Origin: Alloascoidea hylecoeti
Taxonomy: Eukaryota
Direction: 5' to 3'
Assembly: GCA_001600815.1 (NCBI GenBank)
Contig: BCKZ01000017.1
Location: 411,970 to 475,969, forward strand
Length of the DNA stretch: 64,000 nucleotides
The notes beneath the pieces were generated by a model, which was not told where the DNA came from, did not search any database, and worked only from the letters and a program-made list of their open reading frames with translations. A program made the translations under genes and the position numbers. Below are positions 11,893 through 24,384 of this stretch, piece by piece; position 1 is the stretch's first letter, and each line of letters begins with the position of its first letter.

Positions 11893-13542
11893 ATGAATAC
11901 TTTAATACGGGAGGATCAAAATGACTCCTCTCAACCACTTTTAACCTCTAAAAACTCTTATGGATCTATATCGAAAAGAGGTAGTGTTGATTCAAATTCA
12001 TCAAGATCAAAAGGCTCGGTAAATGAACTGGTACTTGATTTAGAAGCAAAAGATCCATATGAACCTACATCTATTACTAATGAGGCAAACTTAGGAATAT
12101 GGTCTTGTGTCATGCTTATATTAAATAAAATGATAGGCACTGGCGTTTTCAGCACCCCTTCACTTATTTATGCCTCAACAGGATCAATAGGAATTAGTTT
12201 ATTATTATGGATTGTTGGTGGAATTGTTGCATTTTCAGGTTTAAGTGTTTATCTTGAATTTGGTCTTGAGATTCCAAAATCAGGTGGTGAAAAAAACTAT
12301 TTAGAAAGAGTTTATAAAAAACCTGAATTATTAGCTGCTTCAGTATTTGCATTTCAAATGGTTATATTAGGTTTTTCAACTGGAAATTCATTTGCATTTG
12401 GTAAATATATTTTATATGCTTTTGGTTATGATAACGATTGGTCAGCTAGATTTATTGGAATTGGTGTTATTACTTTTTCAACTATTTTACATTCAATTTT
12501 TCCAAAATCTGGTAGATTTTTATTTAATATACTTGGTATATTTAAAATTGTTGTTTTATTTTTTATTGTTTTTTGTGGATTTGCAGTTATATTTGGTTTT
12601 TTTCCAAATTTAGAAAAAACAAATAATTTTAATGGAAATTTTTTTAAAAATGATGGTTTTGGTGGTGGTTCTTATAATATTGCAACATCATTATTACAAG
12701 TTGTTTATTCTTATAAAGGTTGGGAAAATGCAAATTATGTTTTAAATGAAGTTAAAAATCCAAAAAGAACTTTATCATTTGGTGGATCAATGGCAATTTT
12801 ATTAGTTTTATTTCTTTATATTTTTTGTAATATTGCTTATTTTATTGTTATACCAAAAGATGAAATATCTTCTTCTGGTGTTATTATTGCTGGTACTTTT
12901 TTCACAAAAATATTTGGTGATTCAATTGCTTCTTTTGTTTTACCAATTTTAATTTGTTTTTCAAATTTAGGTAATGTTTTAGTTGTTTCTTATGCTCATG
13001 CTAGGGTTAATCAAGAATTTGCAAAACAAAATTTATTACCTTTTTCAAAATTCTTTGCAAGTAATAAACCTTTTAATACTCCAATAGCTTCATTATTTTT
13101 ACATTGGCTAGTTACTGTTCTTGTTTTGGTTTTACCACCTCCAGGTGAAGTATATGAATTTGTCGTTAATTTATACACATATCCAGGTGCTTGGATCAAT
13201 TCATTTGTTGCTGCTGGACTTTTATATCTTCAATATTATAAAGAAGCAGAAAATTGGGGAATGGAACAATATAAAGGTAAAGGATATCATTCACCTTTTA
13301 TACTTACAGTAACCTTTTTATTCATCAATTTATTCCTAGCATTGGTTCCTTTCATACCACCACCTAAAACTGAAATTCCTAAATCTTATCCTTATTATGC
13401 ATTTCCCGTAACTGGAGTTTTGGTTCTGTTACTTGGTGTTGTGTATTGGGCTATTTTTATAAAACCACATCTTAAAAATAAGAATATTATTAATGATGCT
13501 GAAGAAGATGTTATTCAAATTGCAAATCATTCTTCATTATAA
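11893..13542 (+). CDS. APC/LAT-family amino-acid permease, Mup1/Mup3 methionine-permease-like
   Basis: LNKMIGTGVFSTPS, YLEFG..IPKSGGEKNYL and YSYKGWENANYVLNEV motifs; about 12 hydrophobic segments. Confidence 0.88.
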   Translation: MNTLIREDQNDSSQPLLTSKNSYGSISKRGSVDSNSSRSKGSVNELVLDLEAKDPYEPTSITNEANLGIWSCVMLILNKMIGTGVFSTPSLIYASTGSIGISLLLWIVGGIVAFSGLSVYLEFGLEIPKSGGEKNYLERVYKKPELLAASVFAFQMVILGFSTGNSFAFGKYILYAFGYDNDWSARFIGIGVITFSTILHSIFPKSGRFLFNILGIFKIVVLFFIVFCGFAVIFGFFPNLEKTNNFNGNFFKNDGFGGGSYNIATSLLQVVYSYKGWENANYVLNEVKNPKRTLSFGGSMAILLVLFLYIFCNIAYFIVIPKDEISSSGVIIAGTFFTKIFGDSIASFVLPILICFSNLGNVLVVSYAHARVNQEFAKQNLLPFSKFFASNKPFNTPIASLFLHWLVTVLVLVLPPPGEVYEFVVNLYTYPGAWINSFVAAGLLYLQYYKEAENWGMEQYKGKGYHSPFILTVTFLFINLFLALVPFIPPPKTEIPKSYPYYAFPVTGVLVLLLGVVYWAIFIKPHLKNKNIINDAEEDVIQIANHSSL

Positions 13543-14046
13543 TTATAATGGTACATCCCCCCTCATTTCATTTCGAACGGACTCTTCTAACTAGATGCTA
13601 CATTACTTGAAATATTTATTTATATGGTTCATGCGGCTGGCTTTTTCTTTTTGAACTTTCCTTTCCATTTTATTACTTAGGTTTAATTAAGCTTAACTGG
13701 GCTTTATTTTTATTCCTCATAATATTGTGATATTACTATGGTGTATTTGTTATTGTTTGTTTTGTCTTTTTTATTATATAAAAGTTTGTTCTTTATAATT
13801 ATGTTCTAGCATTTTTTAAATTTAATATATACAATCAATAGATCTTGCAATAATATTAATTCGGATTAATCAAGTAACGTTTAAGTATCGTACATAAATG
13901 ATAATAGAAGTTCTTGAATAACTGAAATCAAATATTAATCAATATAGGCTATTTATACCTACTTAATACATATATTAATATTGCAATGATCCGAGAGTGG
14001 TGGATATCTGCTCGTATTAATAGTAATGATCCACGTGCAAGATTTA

Positions 14047-14056
14047 CCCCGGAAAA
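14047..14056 (-). promoter_or_regulatory. Candidate Mig1/CreA glucose-repression site upstream of the BDH1-like gene
   Basis: TTTTCCGGGG on the minus strand matches the AT-box plus SYGGGG consensus. Confidence 0.35.
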
Positions 14057-14652
14057 TTTATTTCATTTATGCCAAACTTGAGTTGCAATTGCGAGATATT
14101 AATATATCAGTCATTATTTTATCTAAAACTAGTTCCTGGAAATAACGATTTCAAATATATACTCAATTTTCCGATTTGAAAAATGAATTGTAAAAAGCAG
14201 CGCTATTTGAAATTTGTTCATAACATCGCCGGATATTTAACTTATAAATAATACGGGTATTTAGGTAAACTTTTAACAATTTCGATTGGTTCAATTTATA
14301 TCAGTAAGATATCTTACGAATCCTATGAAAAATCATTTCAATCGGCCTTTTAAATTTCCAACAGACAGTTTCAAATCATAATTTATGACCTGTTTTTTAC
14401 CGGATAGCTTACTAGAAATTGATAAAATAGTTATACCGACTGTAACACCAATATTACAATGGTCATTGAAATATTATTATCTGTAGATATAACGCATTCT
14501 GGAACTTTGGGAGAATTTGATCTGATGACTGAAGATATAAAAGAGCATCGAATACCCCCTCATTTTCTAATTCCATTTTATATTAAACCGTCTAATCTGC
14601 TATTAATTTTCTATTAACATTTCAATTACAATCATAATCAATCACAATCACA

Positions 14653-15795
14653 ATGAGAGGATTACTTTATTACGGCAACCACGATATTCGATATAGTGAA
14701 AATGTCCCAGACCCAAAGGTAAATGTTCCGGATGAAGTCATTATTGAGGTTGAATGGTGCGGTATTTGTGGTTCTGATTTACATGAATATTTATCAGGTC
14801 CAATCTTTTATCAAAATTTAGGAGAACCTGATAGAGTATCAGGTAAACAATTGCCTCATCCAATGGGTCATGAATTCGCTGGTATTATTAAAGAAATTGG
14901 TTCTGGTGTTACGAGTTTAAAAGTTGGAGATAGAGTATGTTTAGAAGCAACTACCCACTGTTTTGATAAGCATAGATGGATTGGCTCACCTCATGAACAT
15001 GATAAGCTATGTTCAATGTGTGCCTCAGGTTTAACAAATATTTGTGTTGATGCCGGTTTTACTGGTGTTTGTCCAGTTGGTGGAGGTTTAGCTACCTATG
15101 TTCAAGCACTTGATAAGCATTGTGTTAAGCTTCCTGATAATGTTCCTTCTGACATTGGTGCTCTTGTTGAACCAATTTCTGTTGCCTGGCATGCTATTAG
15201 AAAGTCAGGTCTTAAAAAAGGTGATACTGCTCTTGTTTTAGGTGCTGGTCCAATTGGTTTAGGTGCAATTCTTTCTTTGCAAGGCTTCGGAGCAGGTAAA
15301 ATTATTGTTTCTGAACCTGCTGCAGTTAGACGTGAGCAGGCTCTTAGTTTTGGTGCCGATGAAGTTATCAATCCACTCGACTCTAAAACTACAGAAGAGG
15401 TTGTTGAGAAATTAAGGAAACTAACACCCAACGGGGATGGTGTTCAATATTCATATGATTGTTCTGGTGTTAAAGCAACTTTTGATCTTGGAATTCATGG
15501 TGTTGCACCAGGCGGTAAGCATACAAACATCGCAATTTGGCCCAAGAAACCAATTGATTTCTGCCCATTGGATATAACTGTACGCGAAGCCAATATTTCA
15601 GGTAGTATGGGATATGTTAGACGTGACTTTGAAGAAGTTGTAGAAGCTTTATCAACTGGTGCTATTCCAATTGATCGTGCAAGACAGATGATCACGGGTA
15701 AGATTGATTGTAAGGATATTATAGAAAAGGGTTTCCAAGAACTTATTAATCACAAAGATACAAATGTTAAGATTTTAGTTAATTCCAAAATCTAA
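14653..15795 (+). CDS. BDH1: Zn-dependent (R,R)-2,3-butanediol dehydrogenase-like MDR enzyme
   Basis: CGICGSDLHEY, MGHEFAG, ALVEPISVAWHA and GAGPIG motifs; the N-terminus MRGLLYYGNHDIRY is typical of Bdh1/Bdh2. Confidence 0.9.
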   Translation: MRGLLYYGNHDIRYSENVPDPKVNVPDEVIIEVEWCGICGSDLHEYLSGPIFYQNLGEPDRVSGKQLPHPMGHEFAGIIKEIGSGVTSLKVGDRVCLEATTHCFDKHRWIGSPHEHDKLCSMCASGLTNICVDAGFTGVCPVGGGLATYVQALDKHCVKLPDNVPSDIGALVEPISVAWHAIRKSGLKKGDTALVLGAGPIGLGAILSLQGFGAGKIIVSEPAAVRREQALSFGADEVINPLDSKTTEEVVEKLRKLTPNGDGVQYSYDCSGVKATFDLGIHGVAPGGKHTNIAIWPKKPIDFCPLDITVREANISGSMGYVRRDFEEVVEALSTGAIPIDRARQMITGKIDCKDIIEKGFQELINHKDTNVKILVNSKI

Positions 15796-16756
15796 GTGTT
15801 ATTAAATACTTATGTTTTGTCTGTTTCTAAACTTTCCAAACTTTGCAATTGAGTTTACAAGAAGCACTGAAAGAAAAATAAAAGGTACTTTTGTCTAGTT
15901 TTTATATTAAAAATTTAATGATGTTCTTTAGATTAAGTTATGTAACCTATAGGTTTTATAAATGAATATTATGATGATGATGCTCTTATATTTTTGTTAA
16001 CGTATTTAAATTTTTATAATTGGCAATATAAAATCTGACCATATAGCCTATATTTAATCCACAGAAAAAATGAAGGGAGGCTACTTTAAAGGGAAGGATA
16101 ATAATTGCCAGAAAATAGTTCCCACAAAGTATTCAAATGATGGATCGAATACCACCACGACCAAGATCTGAAAATATTTTTAAATTAACCAATATTGCTA
16201 CAATTAATTCAGCCAACTTCATGGTACGTAGGATCTTGACATTAACACCAAATATGGCTTGAATGATCTGAAGGTTATTACTTTCTATGAAATATGATTC
16301 AACAGTATAAGGTAGTGAGTTCTGAGACGCAAAAGATCCTAATCTACTAATAGAAATTTATTTAGAGAATGATCATCTGCGTAATAAAAAAAAAAAGGAG
16401 ATTTGAGGACAACCCAAATACGATAAGGCTGAAGTTGTAGTGATGATGTTTTCTCTTGAAAACTCAACCAATCAAAAGAATAACCGTAATACTGTTGGAT
16501 GCCTTTGACATGATTTCCTTTGTTGTCCGAGTTTAGTTGACTGCATAGTATGTATTTAATTAAAAAGTTTCAGATCAATAAGGAAGCTATTTTGAGAGTC
16601 GTAAAACTTTCTATATTAACTTGAAATTGTTTACCAATTTTAATGAAATTTTTGACATAAATATACCAATAGGTTGTCAATATCACTACGAAAACTATAT
16701 CGATCTAATTGAAGGGATTTTGATAATGTCACAAACCACGCGCTAGAGTACAATGC

Positions 16757-16833
16757 CTACCTAGCCCTAGGACTCGGACTCGGGTTTGTCCAGGTGTCTA
16801 AAAATGTCGAGTCTTAGCCCGATCGCAGCCCTA
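16757..16833. mobile_element. Possible truncated end of a hAT-type MITE
   Basis: GC-rich islet ending CCGATCGCAGCCCTA, similar to the right end CCGATCGCATGTCTA of the 41.3-kb element. TTAGCCCGAT is shared by both. No TSD found. Confidence 0.35.
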
Positions 16834-17645
16834 GTAGAAATACACAGATGTGTGGTTTGGCATCAAACATCAAACGATTCAATCAATGACTTGTAGGAAT
16901 GTTAAGCTCGAGCGAGAGTTGCATAATATCCAAAAAAAAAAAGAAGTATAATGCTTAAAAGACGACCCGAAACTTCGGCCTAATCATTAATCGAAGCACC
17001 ATCCCCTTTATAGACTATTTTCCTATATTCAGTAACCTAGCTTTCTATATTTTTGAGCAATGGATCGAAATTCTCATGCAATTATTCTACTTAATTTTGG
17101 CCACTTTCTTAATTATTAGCGTGGCCGAATCTTTAGTCCATCACGTGGCCTAAATTAAGTGGAATGATTATAACGACTGGGACTTAATTATGTTGGAGAT
17201 CAAAATTGAAATCTATATTAATGAATTATAATTGAATAATCATGTTTATGTATTGAATATATTATATTTTCTATGATTACTATCGTTTCCTGATGTCAAA
17301 TTTTAAATTGACAATATCGATCGATATCGTGTTTAAAGGGATATAGTCTGGAGACTACAACCGTGTTTCCGATGGAATCTGCCAATTATATCTAATTATA
17401 TGCCTCACATGAGTGAAACAATATAGATAGCAGCTTGACTAGCATACATCAATAATGAATTAGCTACTTTTAATTGGAACGACTCCTTACTTCCCAATCC
17501 TTTATATATATATATATATGATTCATGAGTTCCAGATATAAATTTGTGTGCATCAGTTGATGAAACTGTATGCGAAAGCAGACACATGAGATGTTCGCAG
17601 TCTACAACAGAAATATATTTAATTAAGATCATTAACTAATCATAT

Positions 17646-17655
17646 CCCCAGAAAA
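17646..17655 (-). promoter_or_regulatory. Candidate Mig1/CreA site upstream of the cytosolic ADH
   Basis: TTTTCTGGGG on the minus strand. Confidence 0.3.
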
Positions 17656-18418
17656 TAAAAACAGAGTACATTATATTAGCAATTTAGCATATATGATATA
17701 AATGCATATTCAACAATTCTCTAATCATTTTATGATTTATATCCTGATTCCAGACATGACTCAAGCAAATGTATGGTTCATCTATTATTATAAATTATAA
17801 TTATGAACATAAAATCTTTCAAGTTTATCTTCCATCCAACAACTGCAGTGCAATTGCATGCATATGATGATTTAGAAATGTAACAACTTTATAAATAAAA
17901 CTTTCTTGATTGAATACTTCCTATAGCTATATAGCACTAATAAGGAGCAGATATAAAGCAATAATATTAATTGCCATTGTTAATTATGTTTCATCCTAAT
18001 AATTCTACTATCTAATTCCTAATATATATATATTAATGGAAAAAGTTTATAGGCTTCTTATGCATATGCATGCGTAGATTTAAATGGAAGCACTACTACA
18101 GTGCTATAGCAGTATTACTTGAGTCACGGATTTTTCTTTTAGAGAAGTAGTTTACCTCACGAATAAAACAATATGCATATGCAACTGACAAGTAATAATA
18201 ATATACAATATTTTAATAATAATAACAAGTATAGCATGAAGGCACATCATGTTCTAGCTTATTTAGTTCCATTTGTAAGTTCAATATCGGCAATCATCAA
18301 ATAATAAATATCAATTCATCCTATTCAAATATCTATATAAAGGCTTAATTTCTCCTTTTCATCCTTCATTCGAAAAGATTAACTTTTTACTATTTACCAA
18401 TTGAAAGAATTATCCTCT

Positions 18419-19474
18419 ATGTCTGAATTTGACGTTCCAGAAACCCAAAAGGCAGTTATCTTTGAAACCAATGGTGGTCCATTGGAATATAAAAATATCC
18501 CAGTTCCAACACCTGCCGCTGATGAGATTTTAATTCATGTTAAGTACTCCGGTGTTTGCCATACTGATTTACACGCATGGAAAGGTGATTGGCCTTTAGC
18601 AACTAAATTACCTTTAGTTGGTGGTCATGAAGGTGCCGGTGTCGTTGTCGGAATGGGTGCAAATGTTAAAAANTGGAAGATTGGNGATTATGCTGGCATT
18701 AAATGGTTAAATGGTTCCTGTTTATCNTGTGAATACTGCGAAAAGTCCAACGAGTCCAATTGTCCTGATGCCGTGTTGAGTGGATATACACATGATGGTT
18801 CTTTCCAACAATATGCTACAGCCAATGCTATTCATGCATCTAAATTGCCCAAGAATGTCAATCTTGCAGAGATTGCACCAGTTCTTTGTGCCGGTATTAC
18901 TGTCTACAAGGCATTGAAGACAGCTGGTTTAAGTGCAGGTGAATGGGTTGCCATTTCCGGTGCTGGTGGTGGTTTAGGTTCCCTTGCCATTCAATACGCT
19001 AAAGCAATGGGTTACAGAGTTTTAGCTATTGATGGTGGTGCAGAAAAGGGAGAATTCTGTAAATCCCTTGGAGCTGAATATTACGTTGACTTTACAAAGA
19101 CCAAGGATACAGTTTCTGAGATTATAAAGGCTACTAATGGTGGTCCACATGGTGTTATTAACGTTTCAGTTTCTGAAGCAGCTATTAACAGCTCGTGTGA
19201 ATATGTTCGACCAACAGGTTCGGTTGTCTTAGTTGGTATGCCAGCAGGTGCTAAAGTTACTTCCCCAGTTTTTTCACATGTTGTTAAATCAATTTCAATT
19301 AAGGGATCATATGTTGGTAACAGAGCCGATTCCGCTGAAGCTATTGATTTCTTTAGCCGTGGTTTAATCAAGTGTGCAATTAAGGTTGTTGGATTATCTG
19401 AATTACCAAAGATTTACGAATTGATGGAAGCTGGTCAAATTATTGGTAGATATGTTGTTGATACTGATAAATAA
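18419..19474 (+). CDS. ADH1: Cytosolic Zn-dependent alcohol dehydrogenase (Adh1/Adh2 type)
   Basis: ATG at 18419 ([15 protein letters not shown]); [20 protein letters not shown]...C structural Zn site, GRYVVDT. No presequence. TATATAAA about 85 bp upstream. ADH1 versus ADH2 cannot be resolved. Confidence 0.93.
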   Translation: MSEFDVPETQKAVIFETNGGPLEYKNIPVPTPAADEILIHVKYSGVCHTDLHAWKGDWPLATKLPLVGGHEGAGVVVGMGANVKXWKIXDYAGIKWLNGSCLXCEYCEKSNESNCPDAVLSGYTHDGSFQQYATANAIHASKLPKNVNLAEIAPVLCAGITVYKALKTAGLSAGEWVAISGAGGGLGSLAIQYAKAMGYRVLAIDGGAEKGEFCKSLGAEYYVDFTKTKDTVSEIIKATNGGPHGVINVSVSEAAINSSCEYVRPTGSVVLVGMPAGAKVTSPVFSHVVKSISIKGSYVGNRADSAEAIDFFSRGLIKCAIKVVGLSELPKIYELMEAGQIIGRYVVDTDK

Positions 19475-21808
19475 ACTGTTTATGATGTACGTTTCCCACC
19501 TTATGATAAATGTGGTGATGAAAGAATGATACAAATGTTTTTAACTTATTATATAACTAGAGAATAAATATTTATTGCTATTTGAAAATTAAGAGTTTAA
19601 TTGTAAAATTTAAGTTAAATCTTTAAATAAGATTTACTATTGAATGTATTTTCTATAACTTGAGTTATATATTGGAAGTAGCAGTTTATGAAATTAAGGG
19701 ATTCTGTCCCCAGATATCATAGATTCGTACTAAATTCTGGTAGAGTTTATTATGTTAATCATGATTATCAACAACATATAGAATACATTATAATGTATTA
19801 AAGTTCAAAATGCCTGTTCTCCAAGTTGCGCCAAAAAGCCAATCGACTCATTAGTGAATTGTTCTAAGAGTGTAATATATAGAATATCCAACATAATATT
19901 TAACAATATATACCAGAAACTTAAGGTTTTTTTAACTATCTAAGTTTGTATGTTCAGTTACATATATTTTTCAGAGACAATGAATTGAATTCGTAAAACC
20001 TTTCCCACCAAATCTAGATATATCCTATATTCGGTAACATCATTAATCTAATCTATGGATGAGGGAGACTTCATTATGATATATTGAATATTGTGGAAAT
20101 TTAAATGTTCTAACTGATTATTTCGTATGCATGTAGATATATTGTGGTAGGGATATAAGACGCATATATCTATGGGTTAGGAGCAGTTGCATAATAAAGG
20201 AATAAATAGGAACTTGAAATATGCTTGAATGAGGGGCTGGTGGGAAAATCTTCCACTAGATTCCTTTCTAAGTATCTTTTTGAAGGAAGAAATTTTGACC
20301 CCACTAGACTTACATATACTGGAATGAATATTATTTGAACAACTAATAAATATGTATAACTTATCAAATTTGCATTTGATGGGCAGGTAAGAATTTGAAG
20401 CGGCTATAAATAATGGTCCCTGTTTTCTATAAGTTCGCGTACGAGTGTGAATTTCAAGGATTAACCGTCAGATATAATAATTATTGGTTGCGAGATTGAT
20501 CAGCTCTTCACCGAAATATCATATAAACTACAGACACATGTACACGTACAAGTATTGCAATTATGATATCATGAAAAATAAATCAAACGGGACTTGACTA
20601 ATTATTATTGCAATAGCACTAAATGCCACTCATGGCCAATGATTTTCTTTGTGGCGTTCTTTCAACGGGATTTGAAATTTTGAAGTGATTCAGGTATAAA
20701 ATGCTCATGCACTTTTTTTAATTATATAAAAAAATATAGTTGAAGATTTCTGAATTTTCGTGAGAATTCTATATGCAAAATATTCATCAGACTTTCTCCA
20801 GCGCGAAATCTTAGTCTCTGATATGCATTTAAAATTCGGAGGCTACTTATGTATTTTCCAATGATCCTATTTTATCATACTATACCTATATGTGGAACTA
20901 TTAATTACAGTCTATCTAGCTACATATTTATAATGTTGAGTGTGGCATAGTTCATGGATAGGTATAGCGTTAGGGGAAAACATAATTATAAGGTATCTAT
21001 AAATTCCTATAGGCGTATAGATAATAAAAAGCGATCAATTAGTTACATTTAATGATATAATTTTGCTAACGCTTCACAGCTGTAATCGCTATAATCGTTA
21101 TCATCGGAATTCTAGTGCGACACAGATCGCAAATATAAACAAGCTTAAATTGTGTTTTAAAATCTTAACCAATTCCGGTATCTAAAATCCCGGAGTCGTA
21201 TAGTGTATGATCATTGCGATGATATAATGGTATTGCAATTTCCGAGCATGTTTAAATCTATGATTACAACGTAGTAGCAGAATCCAATCGCAACTCTTAA
21301 GATTGGTGATCACTTTTGCAAGCCCTAGGTGTTATTATTTATTGCAGAACTCCATCTTTTATATCACACAGTTCATTTATCTATTACTGTAATTTTCTTT
21401 CTTTTTCTCTCCATCTCTTCTAAATACCACTCCACCACCATACGTAAACTAGATTCCCACCAAAATTACCACAACACCTACTATTAAATATACCNATTTT
21501 CTTTATCAAAATCAATCGGTATACCTAATATTTATTTCGTAGTATTGTAGCATTGGTAGGGGGGTTTGGCTATATATCACGGATATATACATCCAAAATC
21601 TCGGGCCCACGGGCTCAAAAAGAGAAAGAAAAAATTTCTTAGTTAGTAAGAATAAGTGAATCCTTAGTGAGAACAGACTAATAATATTGCAAATGCATCT
21701 GGAAATGCCCTACTTCTATTCTACCTGCATGGCCTGGGATTCAGAATGACCCGGATAAACTATTTTACTCCAAGATCTCATTGATACAGTTTTTCCACTA
21801 TTGATAGT

Positions 21809-22167
21809 GCTATTTTCGAAAATAATTAGTTAAAGGTTTAGGTATTAATTAAGGTAACTCTATGCAATTCTACTTGAATGAATATTTATACACATTTCTT
21901 TAAATTAGTGATGGCAGTGGAACTTAATTAGCAATCCATCCGAAAATGATTAGTGTTCAGTGAGCGAGCTAATTAGCTAAAGAGTAAGAGTTGGTAATAG
22001 CTAATTAACTCCTCTCGGTACACTAATCATTTTCGTATGGACTGCTAATTAAGTTTCACTGCCATCACTAAATTAAAGAAATGTGTATAAATATTCATTC
22101 AAGTAGAATTGCATAGAGTTAACTTAATTAATACCCAAACCTTTCACTAATTATTCTCAAAAATAGC
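21809..22167. repeat. Foldback: about 170-bp inverted arms (21809-21979, 21998-22167) with an 18-nt loop
   Basis: Manual alignment shows about 14 differences including one 1-nt indel (about 92% identity). Confidence 0.95.
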
Positions 22168-22702
22168 GTTAGAAATCCTGAAGAATCAGAAACATATATG
22201 CTCGGTTTCAGTATTGACATTTTCACTGGATACGGGGCGAAACAAGATTGAAGCGGAAATCTCCAAACATCAATATTGACGCATGATCGTTCGGTTTATG
22301 AAGTCAATCGTATACGACTATTCGTACTGTCATAATTATTACTTATATAAAATGAACCCACTTAAACTTTTAGATATGGTAACATAATATTTCAGCTAGA
22401 ATCACGCTTTTATTACAAAGTAACATATAGAAATATAAATTAAAGATATATAAAAACTTAAATTTGAATATATATAAAAAGTGTCAATAAAAAAATGACA
22501 TATGCTCCAATCAATAATAAGTATAGAAAACTAAAGTGGACCTTAGAATTATCAGTTCATGGTGGCTATGACATAATAGTAATGATTGTAGTTGATGATC
22601 TCGAGTGTGATTATGATCATAAAGAATATGTGATTAAATCAGATTTTGACGGGATCAATTCCAACCGAAANTTTTCATTTTCAACTGGGAAGCTGCAGCT
22701 GT

Positions 22703-22894
22703 CTAGCAGGAAGAACAAGAACCACATTTGCAATCCTTTGGACAAGAGCAATCTTTAGGATCTTTACAAGTTCCAACACAAGGAGGTTGAGTTTCAGCTG
22801 ACTTAGAGCATGAGGAGCAAGCATTGCAAGTACAATCGTTTTGGCAAGTGCAAGTTTCTGGACTAGTGCAAGACCCGACACAAGGAGAAACCAT
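22703..22894 (-). CDS. Metallothionein, copy A (63 aa, 16 Cys)
   Basis: MVSPCVGSCTSPETCTCQNDCTCNACSSC-SKSAETQ-PPCVGTCKDPKDCSCPKDCKCGSCSSC; CxC/CxxC motifs; no aromatic residues. Confidence 0.9.
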   Translation of the reverse strand: MVSPCVGSCTSPETCTCQNDCTCNACSSCSKSAETQPPCVGTCKDPKDCSCPKDCKCGSCSSC

Positions 22895-24192
22895 TATTAA
22901 TTATTAATAAGAATAAAGATGTAGATAGTTATAAAAGTTTATTGAGAAGCTTCAATTGGATATAATCCGAATGATATATGAATTGATGAGAATTTAATGG
23001 TGTGTTATAAGGGGGAATTGACAAGTATTTATATTTTTCTCATTCTATAGTTAAAATATAAAACTACTAATTCTGCATTAATGCCTACATAGCCATTTTA
23101 GGAAATCGAGGAGTGTTTTCCTTTATAAGCAGCCTGAAAGTTTATTCTTAAGCAACACTATTGCAGAAGTTGATTGCATGTTTGCATTCTAAGTGAAGTG
23201 TTTATCTTATATGTCATAATTTCAAGTTAAATATATGCAGATCAAGCTCTATTCATAACGGGAGCATCAGTTCATTCAGATGTAAGATCGTAACTAATAA
23301 AGCTGCAACTATTCATTATCTGTTTTCCTATGTTACTGGCAAAATAACTGATAATAAATTGAACATCATTAATATTTATTAATAAGCCTACTGGCCCTAC
23401 TCCCAGTTATAATTATCGCGATCGATATCTAATTTCGTTAGTATAACCTTATATTACACTTCTAAATTCCATATGGGTATATAATCCTGATGGCTGTCAC
23501 ATAATGTATTAAATTAAGTTGACATGAAAGGTTTATGGTACCATTTGTTCCAAAATATCAGTTTATAGTTCATGTTGTAGAGATTGTTTTCAATTCTGTG
23601 ATGATTTGGATCTAGACTGAGATACCAGGAATATAATTAAATATATTATTACATTTCACAGCCAATTGGGAGCAAAGACAAAAGTCTGAAAGTTCGGATA
23701 TTAGCACTATGATTAGAAAATTAAAATTATATGCAAGCATAGCTTTGAATAATGTAATGTGATTGTGCTGTTTAATAAATTTAAATACATGTTTCTATAT
23801 ATCAATTAATTCAACTATAGTCTAGACTCTATAGCTATCTTTAAATTTAGTAGTATGATTAATATATATTTAGTATATATTTAATTTTATTTACTTAGAA
23901 AACAGTAGAACATGCAACTTCTGCAATAGTGTTGCTTAAGAATAAACTTTCAGGCTGCTTATAAAGGAAAACACTCCTCGATTTCCTAAAATGGCTATGT
24001 AGGCATTAATGCAGAATTAGTAGTTTTATATTTTAACTATAGAATGAGAAAAATATAAATACTTGTCAATTCCCCCTTATAACACACCATTAAATTCTCA
24101 TCAATTCATATATCATTCGGATTATATCCAATTGAAGCTTCTCAATAAACTTTTATAACTATCTACATCTTTATTCTTATTAATAATTAATA

Positions 24193-24384
24193 ATGGTTTC
24201 TCCTTGTGTCGGGTCTTGCACTAGTCCAGAAACTTGCACTTGCCAAAACGATTGTACTTGCAATGCTTGCTCCTCATGCTCTAAGTCAGCTGAAACTCAA
24301 CCTCCTTGTGTTGGAACTTGTAAAGATCCTAAAGATTGCTCTTGTCCAAAGGATTGCAAATGTGGTTCTTGTTCTTCCTGCTAG
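24193..24384 (+). CDS. Metallothionein, copy B (identical to copy A)
   Basis: Identical protein in divergent orientation; TATAAATA about 140 bp upstream. Confidence 0.9.
   Translation: MVSPCVGSCTSPETCTCQNDCTCNACSSCSKSAETQPPCVGTCKDPKDCSCPKDCKCGSCSSC

Noticed and set aside
16060..16500. Protein-like stretch downstream of BDH1
   Set aside because: Many stops in the frame examined and no recognisable motif.
17140..17375. ATCACGTG followed by AT-rich DNA and TTTCCGA as a point centromere (also GTCACGTG near 51192)
   Set aside because: The spacer is about 220 bp and not extremely AT-rich, and the CDEIII match is poor; more likely bHLH (Cbf1/Tye7-type) sites.
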